Shown: in pieces, positions 51,813-64,000 of the stretch
How positions within the stretch are numbered: position 1 is the stretch's first letter
Layout: each line of letters starts with the position of its first letter
NCBI GenBank assembly: GCA_965178125.1
Contig: OZ237756.1
Location: 434,001 to 498,000 of the forward strand
Direction of reading: 5' to 3'
Origin: Bilabrum cf. latius
Lineage: Eukaryota
DNA length: 64,000 nucleotides
Translations under genes and position numbers: made by a program
The notes under the pieces: generated by a model
What the model was told of the DNA's origin: nothing
The model's input: the letters and a program-made list of their open reading frames with translations, nothing else
Databases searched by the model: none

Positions 51813-53051
51813 TGGCACTGCGGATTGCTCTGCAATGCCGCATTGGGCCGGCAAGCGCGGATTGGAGACCAGGGGGATTCGCCGGAGGATTAGAGCGGCG
51901 GCCACGACCTTACCGTGCGTTGGAAGGCTTTCATCCAGAGGTCACTGCGACTTGTAGGCCCTGCAGGTCAGCAGGTGCAGCCCCTATTTGAAATCTGGGC
52001 GGGGGGATCGTGTCGGGGCAAGTTGCGTGTAAATTGAGACTTATTTTGCGATCGAAGGTGAACCGTATGCCTTGCACCGCGCGCGCATTGCTGCGGGTGC
52101 AATCTACATGGATGACTATTTGATATCTGGGAATAGCAGTGTGCGTTCTGTATTGATTGCACGCCAGCCGGCATGCAATTCATGGAGAGCACCGCAACTC
52201 GTTGTTCGCGACAACCACACCCCTTGGGCTGAAGATGCTTCGTTCGTCGCGCCACAGGGACCTGTATGTAGGCTTTGATTGTGTGCGAAATGGCATGCCA
52301 TGGTCGACAGCTCTGGACTGGCGCTTTAGTAGACCGCAGGATGTAGTTGCACTTAGGCTCAGTCGCGCTTCTCGCGCTGTTTACAATCCCTTTTCCACAT
52401 ATGCTTACCTTGACATATCATGTACAGTGTGCAAATGACCGCTGCCTAGCCCTGATAGTTGAAGAGTATTCGTTGATGGCTAAGTGATGCGAGGCAACGA
52501 AGCGGTAGCATCTAGAACAGTAGAGGCCATACTCTGCCATAGGACTTCTGCAGTACATGCAAACGGCCACTGGGCGTCAATTGGGTTTGATTACTACGTA
52601 ATCACCGGGATGTCAAGGATTTAGCTAGCAAGCAAGGGTCAAGCAACAGCCGCAATACGATTCGCGAGCGCAGCAGCTTCCAGCTGGCAGCGCCACTGAC
52701 CATTAAACCAGTACCTAAGTAAAACTTGAGCAGGTACGGCTTGGTAAACCCCAATATAGACGTCTGAAAGCTCGCGATCTGGGACGACTGCAGCAACACT
52801 GAGGCCGTTTCTGCCCTGATCCGGCGCCGCTCGTGGTCGTCGGTCTAGTTCTCGACGGATGTGTGCGACCTAGTATGCAGCCTGGTTGCTAGGCGAAGCT
52901 CCACCTGCCAGTAGGCATAATGCGCTGTAGATTAGCTGTGATTTTGCATCGCGGTCGCTTGTCGGTTGCTTGTGCTTGCGAGCGAAGCTTCCATGCGATT
53001 CGCTCTCGCATTTCGACCGGTAGATTCGCCGTCCATTCTTGAACACCAGGC

Positions 53052-56000
53052 ATGCGCACGGTTGCAGCCGCTTGCATCCTGGCTATATGCATGGGCTCTG
53101 CCATTGCCAAATCGGGTATTTTGAAGGGAGACAGCTCGAGAGTGTACCGAAAGACCGGCGCAAACCAAGCGGTTATGCGAGCCAGAGGTGAGGCAGAACG
53201 GCAGCACTATCGCAAGCCGCTGGCACCTGTTTGCAGCTTTGTATGCCAGCTCATTTGGAATTCAAGCTGTCGCTCCTCATTCTCCGTGGTGTCCCCTCCG
53301 CAGAACCGAACGACCCATTGCCTGAATCGGCCGGAGGGTCCGCTGGCTCCACCGGTGGGGCCGATCCCGAGCCTGAGAGAGACGCTAGTCCGGGCCACCA
53401 GTGCAAGCACATGATCTTTCATGTGAATGCATTTGAGTGGGACAAGGCAGGAGACCTGATATCATCTGCTCTGCTCGCAGATCCGAAGATGGTCGCCGAG
53501 GAGCTCGCCGCAGCCTCTCGCCAGCTTGCAGAGGACATCAAGGAGGCCCGGGTGAAGCCATCGCCGGGGGAACCTTCTACAGACACGCTTCAGGCGGATA
53601 CAAATGACGGTGTCAATGCGCAGAAGCGAGAAACGAGTCTCAAGGTGCCGCAGAAAGGCGCGACGAGCGACGCTCCCGGAGGGGATGCAGTCCAAGGTGC
53701 GCCGGCCGACTCTGTCCCCAAGAGGCCTCTAGACCTGGACCCGGTCGCATCGGATGGATATGGGGCAAGTCTGGTCCGCTTCAGCGAGGCCGCCAGGCCA
53801 GAGGACCCCTCCTCCTCCTCCTCCACCTCGAGCCCAGCCAGCAGCGGGGTGCAGGGTTGCGTCGTCAAGGCGGCTGGCAAGCTGGCCCGGGGGGAGGCGA
53901 AAGTGGTCCGGGCTGCGATCGAGTCTGCATGCCAGGTGCAGGCAGGCATCGATGCGTTCATCGAGGGCCGCACATCCGGCGGCGGGACTCCACTGACGGT
54001 TGGGATCGGCATGGCCGTGGCAGCAGAGGCCTAGCGAGCGGCTGCCGTGTCCATGGGCCTGCATCTGGCGAGTCTCCCGGGTGCCAAGATGCCATTCCAA
54101 TACCACCTGAGCATTGGCGGGTACCGGCCGAGCGAGAACACTGCCCATGGCCTCCCTCCCTCCTTCAGCCAGGCCCTTCTCTTGGAGCTGGAGGATCTTG
54201 CCTCCGAGCCGGGAGCATCGTCGCCGCACTCTTCGGAGGATCGTACGGTGGATCATCTTATGGCTTCGCTTACGGCGCTTGGCGAGAAATGCGCAAATGA
54301 TGAAGTCCTGATTCCTCAGCCCGCTGTGATCGGCATGTCTGCATGCACGACCGATGAGTTGGTTCAAGCGCTGGTTGCAACCGGAGCCATCGGCGACTCC
54401 GGATACTACGAGGACCCGGCCGTACAGCTGGCTGGCGATCTACCCAACCTGAGGGGCAGTCAGTAGTTCGGGGGTGACACGCATCACCCACCGATGCCAT
54501 TCATTACAGGAGCCCACGGGCAGCTTATCCCGCCGGCCAACTCCAGCCTGCTTCACCTGGAGGCATCGTCAGCGGCTGGCAGCCGGCTGGGTCCGCTTCT
54601 GCACGGTGTTGGCGAGCCCCCAGCTGCAGCTGGTCATGCAGGGGGCAGCGGCGAGGAGGGTGGTGGCGTTGATGTGGTTTCGGGAGTGAGTGCTTCAGGA
54701 GCTGGTGGTTCTTTGGCTGGTGCCTCAGACGATGTCGTTGACATGCGTGGCCTTCCCGTGGAGATGACCGATCGGCACCAGGTCGTATTCTTCCTAGATT
54801 CTGGTGTGCACCGTCGCTACGCCGGGTTTCAGTCCGGAGACGCCTTCGATTCGGTCGAGAAGGCTTTGTTTCAGGCCACGGGCGGGCATTCGAAGGACTC
54901 GCAAACGAGCAGAGTATCGATGGGTTTGTCCATGCTGAATCCCGATGGGTCCGATGCAGAAGACGCCTCCATGCCTACTAATCCATCGGACTTGCATGGC
55001 ACTACGGTTGCGAAGGAGGCATGCAGTGGGCCGGGGATGCGGTCGATCATCGTGCCAGTAAGAGTCGTCAGTTTGCCGTGGAACGAGCACCACGGTGGTT
55101 TGCCAACCGAAGAGAGCAACCAGTTCGTCGCTGACCTCAGTGAATCAGGAAGCCCCGACCCTGGCAGTGAGTTGGTCCGCGCCAAGGATGGTTCAGCTCC
55201 CAAGCAGCAGCAGCGCGCATCATTCGCTGGCTGGGGACTGGCTGCGATAGTGCACATGGCTCAGAATGTACGGCTGACGATCCGACGATCCATGGGGGCC
55301 TCGTTCCGTGATGGCGCCGTCCTAGGGGTGGTTAATATGGCGATTGGGAGCTGGGACGGAAGAAAGCAGGCGATCGGTTTTAGTAGGCCTCCCATCAGCA
55401 AGGCCAAGATGATAAGGATTGCGGAGGAGCTCGATCACTTTTCGGAGGTGCTGCATAAACTGGGCTTCCTGCTTGTGGCTGCAGCTGGCAATAATCACAT
55501 GGATGCCGCCTACACATACCCTTGCAATGCCAAGGGTGTGATTTGCGTGGGATCCCATGCTGTACAGGACAAGGTGGGAGAGGTGCGCATGTCCTTTTTT
55601 TCTCACTTTGGTACTGAGGTGGATATATTTGCCGGGGGTGAGGAAGTCAAACCAGCCATTTTGGACAGTCCGGCAGGAGCTAAGATCTAGCTCACTAAGG
55701 GCACATCATTTTCGGCGCCTCGTGTGACAAGATCGCTGATCACCATGGCCGGCACGCTGCGGATCGTCGACGCGACCAAGGCTCTCCGTCTGCTGCAGTC
55801 CAACAACAAGGATGTGGAGCTGGTGCAGGCTGGTCCAGACCCTTATGGTAGGATTCCTGGCGAATGGCTGGGGGCACAGCTCGCAGATACTTTGGCAGGT
55901 CGGGAGGACTAGAGATTAGTGATGAGGGACATGGCATCGACCAATTTGGATTCCTGGATAGTACCGCGTGCTGATCTGCTCCCACCCCTCTGCGACCCCA

Positions 56001-56821
56001 GCGTGGGTGCGTGTGACCCTGTACTTCTTACATACCGCTGTGGCTGCTTCGAATAGTTCAGCTTGGAGCACATGAAGTGCGAACCGACAGTTGCAGACCC
56101 CGGTGTGCACGTAAAAGTACAGCGTGACAATCCCCCGAAGCTGAGCGTTATTGCAGGCGAAGCCGATTGCTCTGAATCATCCGGATCTTGCCTCATTACG
56201 AACAGCCTCACTCTTCAGGGCATGCATGGGGATGATAGCGCGGTAGGTTCGCTGCTTCGGATCGATGCAGACATCTCTGGCATTGGGCATGATACTGAGG
56301 ATGCAGCCAAAGCAGATGCGGGTAGTGCTGGCGGCAAGACTGGTGGGGATCGTGCTGCTGGTGGTGGCGGCGGCGGTGGTGGTGGTTCCGCCATTGTTGG
56401 CCCAACGGAAGCCATGGGTGCTGAAGCCAAGCCAGATGATGGTTCTGAAACGCCATCTGCGCTCATCAAACTCTCTGGCATGTGTCTTCATGCTGGTAGC
56501 GGGATCGAGACAACGCCTATGCAGATCACCATCATCGACGGATGCCCATGGACGCTTCACGGCCGCTAGATGGGTGTAATTGCTGCTTAGACTGTACCGG
56601 TGCCAGTATGCGAGTCAGATGATGGCTCTAGTGCTCATGCAGATATTTAGATCCTTGTCCACGGTAGCCCTGGCGGTTCGCTGCACCCACGAAGTTCAGA
56701 GGAGCCCTTCGAATGGTATATTAGAGGCACAGTCGATCCAGCTTCTCTGTACGTGCATGTGCACACCGACATTGGTGATCTGGTTGGCGCCACGCTAGAG
56801 GTGGCTCTATCGGTTCACTGA
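53052..56821 (+). CDS. Secreted subtilisin-like (S8) serine protease, copy 3; intron 53188-53303; 8 in-frame TAG
   Basis: Same signal peptide and intron as copy 1. Motifs FFLDSG, LHGTTVA, AAAGNN, GTSFSAPRV. Ends TGA 56819-56821. Confidence 0.88.
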
Positions 56822-57166
56822 GTGAATTTCACTCCCTAGACATGTGATGTTGGCAGGTCTTCACGTGCGTTGAATTGGGGTGGATCCTGGATGTATACCC
56901 CAATGCAATGGACCATTTTGCTTTAGCTGCTCTGAAACGTGCAAATTGAGTTAAATCAGTGTCTAAGCCATCCCAGCAAATGGATCTTCATAAGAAGGGT
57001 CGCTCGAAGATCCGATCATGTTCATGTGTCCTGCATCGGGGAGGATGCGGTTCAAACGGCCTCAATGACACGAATCTGTCTCCTGACCTGACTCCGATTA
57101 TTTGTGGATCTACAGGCGGATCCTGAGCCACCATGGGCCAAAGCAATTGCTCAAGCACTCAATCAG

Positions 57167-59407
57167 TCATCCATCCTCTCCCTTCGCCAACACACCGGCC
57201 ACCTGAGCCCCCATGGGCCGCGACAGCAGCTCCACACGAACCTTCTGCATCGTCCGGTCCGCATACGGCAGGCCTTTCTCTGCCGCGGCCTTGAGCGATC
57301 CACACAATGCCATCAGCTGGTCGCCCGGCAGTTTCTAGATCCGGGTCTTGCCCGCTCTGTCTTTGACCAGGTTGTAAACCACCCCCACTGCAGCTTTGGC
57401 AGCGTTCTTGTTGTCTGAAACCAGCAAGGCTGCGCAGTTCTCGATTGGATTGGCTTCCATGACGGCATCTTTGACTTCCTCCAGCCCCGTCGCTGCCTCC
57501 CACAGCAGGATGCAAGCCCTGTGTTCTACCGCAGGCGCACCCGACCGCAACAGATCCACAAGCACAGGCAATACGCCTGATTCAGCGAGGGCGCGCTATC
57601 CAGGTTCCAACCTACGCACGACGCTCGATATAGTTCGGCACGCGTCCGCTCGGATGTCGGCCTGGTTGCCTATCGCTCTGCCCCACGACCATTTCCGCGT
57701 CGACTTTCTCCTACCCCGCTCGCCTTCTTTACCATGTACTTCTTTCGCCAAGGCAAGCTCTCTAGCGATTGCATCGGCTACCTTGTCCTCGCCGTCCTCC
57801 TCGTCCTCCTAATCGTTTTCAGTAGCCGCGTGGTCGTTGCAGTGGCTGATGGCCCCAACGATGCCATCGATGGCGCCCGCCTACACGAAGGCAGTCCTCA
57901 GGTCGGGGCTGTCCTTGCACATCGCACGGACTGCGCGCATTGCGGCTCGCACCACTCCCTCACTCGTCACACCAAGGCACCCAACAATCGTATCGATCCC
58001 GGACTCTTCCTCTACTGGACTGCACGCATCAGGCCCAGCAGCAGCATCAGGCCCAGCAGCAGCATCAGGCCCAGCAGCAGCATCAGGCCCAGCAGCAGCA
58101 TCAGGCCCAGCAGCAGCATCAGGCCCAGCAGCAGCATCAGGCCCAGCAGCAGCATCAGGCCCAGCAGCAGCATCAGGCCCAGCAGCAGCATCAGGCCCAG
58201 CAGCAGCATCAGGCCCAGCAGCAGCATCAGGCCCAGCAGCAGCATCAGGCCCAGCAGCAGCATCAGGCCCAGCAGCAGCATCAGGCCCAGCAGCAGCATC
58301 AGGCCCAGCAGCAGCATCAGGCCCAGCAGCAGCATCAGGCCCAGCAGCAGCACCAGGCCCAGCAGCAGCACCAGGCCCACCGGCCGCCACCTCGGCGGCA
58401 CTCCCACCCTCGGCACCAAGCTCAGCCCCCATGCCGAACTGTGGCACTTTGGCATTGGCCATGACCTTCGCGCACTCGTCACACCGCATGGCCAGCAGGT
58501 CCACAGTGTGGAGCGCTTCCTGCTTGGCCTCGTCCGAAAGCGATTCGCAATTGAGACAGCGGATCAGCGAGGTTGGAATACCAATCTTACGAATGAGATC
58601 GAGCTGGTCGTCCATTCGGGCTAAGGATCTGATGAGCATGGCAGCGGATGCCTAGTCACGCCCAACCGTCGAAGCGAGCATGCGGTTTAGGTGCGGGAGG
58701 AGACCGAGAGCCGCGACTTTCTGCTTGCCAATGAGCTTATCGGGCAGATCGGGAGTTCCAGCGCGCTTGTCAAACGCGTAGCAGCAAATGTATAGCGCGT
58801 TCATTGCGGCGCACCGCACAGCTGTGTCTGCGTGCATTGCCAATTCGCCTAGCCTTTCCACTGGGAACGACTCTGCCAGCTTCATGAAGCATGCGGATGG
58901 GCCAATTAAAGAATTATAGTAGGTTGATATAACCCATTTAACAGTGACGCGATTGTCCGACTGCAACTGCGACTCTAACACCACCTGCAAGTCCTCTTCG
59001 AACAGGCGATCTCTTGCCCTGTCGTCTACTGCTAGCTATGACACCGTGAACGCTGTTGCGGCCTGTAACTGCGGGTCTGACAAGTCTTTAAGCTGAGATA
59101 CAAGCAGTGCTGGACCCTCCTTGCCGAGTATACTCTCCGTTACCACACTGAATTCGATATCCAAGGCATAGGCAATCCTGCCTGGAAGACTTGAGAACGG
59201 CGCACCCAGCATCATACGGAGCCCAAACATAGATCTAATACGCTCATCTAATGGTAGCCCATCGAACAGATTCCTGATTTCGAGCGCTGTGGCAGCGACG
59301 TTCTCCCGTGACTTCACTCCAGATACTATTTTGGCCAGTTGCGGATCGACTTTAGGATCCGTGCGTGAGCCAGAGACTTCTGGCGCAACACTACCAGCTG
59401 CAGCCAT
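57167..59407 (-). CDS. Armadillo/HEAT-like repeat protein (~746 aa), 6 in-frame TAG
   Basis: One frame from ATG 59407 to TGA 57167, with TAG at 59036, 58652, 57881, 57809, 57596 and 57335. ARM-like segments GIPTSLIRCL, AGAIDGIVGAI, SGVLPVLVDLLRSG, AAKAAVGVVYNL. Confidence 0.75.
58026..58378 (-). repeat. 18-bp coding repeat (PDAAAG)n, ~19 copies
   Basis: Plus-strand unit gcatcaggcccagcagca. Confidence 0.95.
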
Positions 59408-59595
59408 ATTTAGTTTGCTCTGCAGACAAGGGGCTCTGGTAGTCTGGAGTAGAACTAGCCTAATCCGGCCTGTTCTGGGGTATCCCGGAACTGCCGACTG
59501 CACGCTGTGGCATCCAAACGGGTGTCTTTGTCGGGCATAAGCCATCCAAGCGATATCCATACTAGCATCAATCCACTCGCGCAAGCAAGTCTCGC

Positions 59596-59627
<32 letters not shown>

Positions 59628-59676
59628 TCACCCCAAACACACAACCAATCCCGATCAGCCGCTCCCCTCACACCCG

Positions 59677-62600
59677 TCACTGCTCCTCATCGTCCTCTAG
59701 CCCAGACCCCGCCCCAGTCCCGCCCGCGCTCGCCACGCTCATCGTGCGGATGGTGCCAGGCAGCATTCCCGGACCATCCCCGCCCGCACTCATCACACCG
59801 GCCGAGCCAGCGGCAGTGCCGCGCACCCGCATCATGCGGAACCCTCCCGCGCTACCATGCGATGCACCCGGACCCTCGCCCTCCCCCTAGATCTAGCCCG
59901 CCGTACTCCCCCTCGCACTCGTCACATCACGAGCGGACCCCGTGGCCTGCGGCGAAGACAAGGGGGAGGCCGGGGGGGAGGCGGCCTGCGCCTGGTGCTG
60001 CCGCGACATCGCAACCAGAGTGCGGGGACCCGCACCTACACCTGCACCCCCTCCTGATTCCGAGTCGCTCGTCACACCGCCCACCTGGCTGACCAGGCTC
60101 CCGGGGGCGATGGAGGAGACGATCGATGCCGATTTCGGCACCGAGGCGGCCGTTTCTTCTGATACTACGGACAGAGGCCCCCCCACGGCCGAACCCCGAG
60201 GAACGTTCCCTCCGCCAGCGGGTGGCACGGCCATGGGCCGCGTTCCCTGCTGCTGCTAGCCAGTGCCGCGGGCCCAGTCCTGGCCTGCCACTCCCGTCCC
60301 CGCCCCCGCTCCCGCCCCGGCCCTATCGTCGGAAGGGGAAGAAGGCGCAGAGGCGAGGAGCACAGCAGCCGGGTCGCTCTGCCCCGTGTGAATGGACGTG
60401 CCGCCCACCCCCCCGCTGCTGCGGCTCCGAGTCCCCTTGTTCCCCCAGTCGGTGGGACCCCCCTGCATCCCCTGCGCTGCGCCACCGTGCGATCCACCCT
60501 CGTCGTCGAAAGAACCGTACCCGGAACTGCCCCGGCTCAGCCTTCGGACCCGCTCCTCTCGTTGGTGGTGTGACGAGTGCATGCTGCCGGCATCGCCTCC
60601 TTTTAGGCCGCCGCCGCCGGATCCCCCGGAACCGGATGACGAGTGCGACCCGTGCCTCCTGCCCGGGCTGTTGCCCCCGCCCGTGCCATTGCCCTCCATG
60701 GCGGACCCGGAATCGCCCCACTCGCACGCCCCTGCCCCCTTGCCCTCGTCACACCAACCGTCGCCCTGCTCCTCGTTGTCCAGCTCCGCCGCCACCTGAG
60801 GGGTGGTAGGGCTCTGCTGCCGGTTGTAGTACACCACAAGGACATCGAAGATGCCCACCACGGCCATCCCCAGGATCCAAGCGAACCAATAGGCAGGCCT
60901 CTGCACCGCCTCGATCGCCACGTAATACCACTGGGGACTAATGCTGAGCAGCAGGGAATAGCAGAGCACGAAAAGGTAGAACCCGAACTGCGACAAGCCC
61001 ATGAAAAACCAGTGCACCCACGTCCAGCTGTCCGTGATGAGCGCCACCTTGAGCTGCATGGCCCAGATTAAAGCGCTGTAGATGGCGAATCCACCCACGT
61101 CTATCCCGTCGACCTTGCCGTCCGCCGACCACATCGGCGTCCCCGTCGCGTAAAAGGCCCCAAAGGGAATGTAGAAGACCACGATGCCGTGCACGAATGC
61201 CTGCACGATCCATTTCGCCATGGTGCCCACCGTCAGGTCCATGTTGTTCAGCCCTGACATGTACAGCCCAGGATGCGCAAGCACCGTTTCCTCCCTCACA
61301 TCCTGGTCCAGCACACCACAGGCGATGATGGGCAACCCAAGCACAAAGTTGAAGATGGAGTAGACAAGGCTCTCGTAAAGGCTCGTCCCGCTGTATCCCG
61401 CCCACACGTTGTACAGGAACAGCGTGATGGTGATGACGATGTTCTTGTAGAACGAGTACAGCAGGACCTTTGACATCCTTCGGTAGCTCCACCGCCCGTG
61501 GATGAGCAGAAGCCTGCGGAGGAAGCGGAACTGCGAGATGGAGAAATCGGCTGCATTGGCAGCTTGCAGACCCTCCCGCCCGCTGATTCCCACGCCGATC
61601 TGCGCGTTCTGAATCATCGCCACGTCGTTCGCCCCGTCCCCGATCGCCAGTGTCATCGGCTTTGGATGGGTGCAATGCCTCACTAGGCCCACAATGTCCG
61701 CCTTCTGCTTGGGTGAGACCCTACAGGCAATCACCGCCTGGCACCTGAGTCCCACGGACAGCACCAGGCGCTCTTCCTCCTCCGTGTCCTTCCCCTCGAG
61801 TAGGAGGTCGAGGCTGGGGCCCGTGATGACGAGTGCGCGGGGCAGCCGAACCGGCTTGAGGAACTTTCGCTGGCGGCCGGGCACGTAGAGCCCGCACGCG
61901 TGAAGCATCCTGTGCCAGCAGTCAAGGTCTTCCACGTCCTCGTCAGGGTTGTAGTCGTGCTGCGCGGCGCCGGAGTTGCCTGCGGAACCGCTCCCGCTGG
62001 CGGCCGAGGCGGCAGCGGGAGGGGCTCCTTGGTCATTCCTCAGTGGCGCGCTGCTTGCATGCCGCTAGGACGAAGACGAGGGAGCCACAGGCCCGCGCGG
62101 GGAGGAACTAAACGTGATGGCGCTCGCGGCGCCGTTGCCGGTTCCGTTGGTTCCGTTCACCACGCGGCCGCCGGCGCCATGCACGGGGGACACGACGCTG
62201 TGAAGCTTCTTGCCCTTGCCCTTGCCCTTGCCCTTGCCCCTGCCTCCTCGCCCGATGCCGATGGCAGCAGCTGCCCCGCTCGAGGCGCCGCCTCTGGATC
62301 CGGAGCCGAAACTGGCACCCGCCCCCCGACTGCCCTTGCCACTCTGCCCACCCCCCTCCTCCTCATCCTGTTCCGCCCTGGGTGAGCTGTCTGGGTAGGC
62401 CACCCGCATGGCCCCGTCGATGTCGTGGTCGAATTCCATGGCGTCGAGCAGCTGGTTGAAGCGCTCCAGCTGGTCCACGACTCGTTCCCTGCTTTCTCCG
62501 TCCACCACCATCGGCTCGCCCAGGTCCTCTGTGAGCAGCCGGCAGGTCCTGCCGATATTGATGGCGGTCTCCACCTTGTCTCCGGTGAGCACCCAGGTCT

Positions 62601-63936
62601 TGATCCCAGCTCGTGCAAGGTCCGCGATGGTGCCGGGGACCCCTTCCTGCAGGCGATCCTCGATGGCCGTGGCACCAACGATCTCAAGGTCCTTCTCCAC
62701 GTCGACCGCCACTTCGTGCAGCATCTCGTCCCTGTGGTGCACGTCCTCGTCAGCCTCCTTGTGCCTCTCCTGCCACTCTTCCACCTCGTCCTTGGACATG
62801 CGCCTCCGGGCGATCACGAGGGTGCGCAGCCCAGAGGCAGCAAAGTCCCTCAGGTCGTCTTTCAGGGCCTGCAGCTTCGTGCCCTTGAGATCCCCTATGT
62901 TGAGCATCGCAGAGTCTGCCCCCTTGCAGTACAGCCAGTACTCGTCATCCCTGGGATCCACCGTGATGACGCTCATCCTCTTCCGCTTGCTCGAGAACTT
63001 GTTCACACCGACCGACTTGAAGAACAGACGCTCGCCCTCCTCCCCATCACCCCCCGCCATGGGGTCCACCCGCACCGTCACCCCGTCGTTTGTCCTTCTC
63101 TCCAGCACGTACCCCATGTCCTTGGCGGCCCCAACCAGCGCCCCTTCGTCGGGCGACTCGGCCTGGTACACGATCTCGGTGCGTGTGCTGCCACCGCCGT
63201 CGTTGGTGCTGGATCCGGTCCGAGACCTCTCTCTTTGCCCACCACTTTGACCACCACTATCACCGCCGGTGCCGCTGTTCCCCGACTCCTGCGCCCCCGG
63301 CGACTCCTCTCCGTCCTCGCCCGACACCTCCACCTGCTCCGGCACAACGGTGTGACACACGGTCAGCACCGTGAGGAACGCGTCAACATCCTACCGCTTG
63401 CAACTGGCTGATGCGGAACCTTTCCCCTCGGCGCCGCGCGGGGACCCCCCTGCGGCGGTCTGCCTCCTCCCCTGCAGGATGTTGGTCATGCCGGCGTCCT
63501 TGAACTTCTTGTCGTTCCGCAGCTCGGGCACCCCAACCGAGGAGGCCCGCCTCGTGCGGCCACGCTGCCTGCCGCCCCCCTGCTTGGATCCAGAATCGGA
63601 ACGCGAGTGGGAGTGGCTTCCTGCCCCGCCCCGCTCCTCGTCCCCTCCCTGCTTCCTCTCCCTCTCCCTCTCGCTGAAGCTGTTGCGGTTGACGCTGCCC
63701 GAGATGGACACCGGGTTGGAGGAGCGGCGCGACGTCTGGGAGATGCGCGCCGGCTCCCTTGAGCCAGCCGGCCGAAGCCTGCGCTTGTTGTTCCGGTTTC
63801 TTTTGCCGCGTCCGTCGCGTGACGAGTGCGCGTCGCCGTCGTCGGTGGAAGGTTCGTCCAGATCGGGCAGCTTGCCGAACTGGACGCCCTTGATGCTGCA
63901 CACCTTGAACTCCATCACGTTGCGGGTGAGCGTGCC
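59677..63936 (-). CDS. P4-type ATPase (phospholipid flippase), terminal exon; 5' exons outside window
   Basis: Motifs GTLTRNVMEFK (after a CAG acceptor at 63937 that splits DKT|GTLT), YQAESPDEGALV, FSSKRKRMS, LYCKGADS, GATAIEDRLQ, WVLTGDKVETAINIG, CRVSPKQKA, AIGDGANDV, YSFYKN. One frame with TAG at 63391, 62065, 60256, 59893 and 59887. Ends TGA. Confidence 0.93.
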
Positions 63937-64000
63937 CTGTGCGGGGGGGAGGGAACTCAAAGAGAGTGAGGTGCATGAGTCATGTGACGAGTGCGTGCAA

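Noticed and set aside
60126-63411. Plus-strand ORFs over the P4-ATPase (and similar antisense ORFs over the LINE and ARM genes)
   Set aside because: Antisense shadows of GC-rich coding sequence with no recognisable motifs.
1-63936. All TAG-broken ORFs as pseudogenes (for example C-to-T decay or RIP)
   Set aside because: Decay would also give TAA/TGA and frameshifts. TAG positions are conserved among diverged paralogs (GR[KE]D* in all three subtilases) and also occur in an otherwise intact P4-ATPase.

Overview
GC-rich eukaryotic (protist-like) nuclear DNA with GT-AG introns. The main observation is a non-standard genetic code. More than 40 in-frame TAG codons break otherwise intact genes and retroelements. 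They fall on invariant Gln positions (LINE RT 'Q-x-GFR' and 'G-x-PQG', tyrosine recombinase 'KT-x-Q') and swap with CAG between paralogs, so UAG is read as Gln. Genes end in TGA (one probably in TAA), and I found no internal TAA in the frames I read through. Read with TAG=Gln, the window holds: a 5'-truncated LINE; a tandem cluster of three secreted subtilase (S8) genes interleaved with three LRR+ankyrin-like genes; an armadillo-repeat gene; and the 3' exon of a P4-ATPase. The middle subtilase copy is spread over 30 kb by four insertions: one autonomous Ngaro-type (split-direct-repeat, tyrosine recombinase) retrotransposon, two apparently identical 6.58-kb non-autonomous split-direct-repeat elements, and a short repeat carrying a nested Helitron-like insert. 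Several minisatellites (18, 21, 39, 51, 60, 82 and ~331 bp units) are present.
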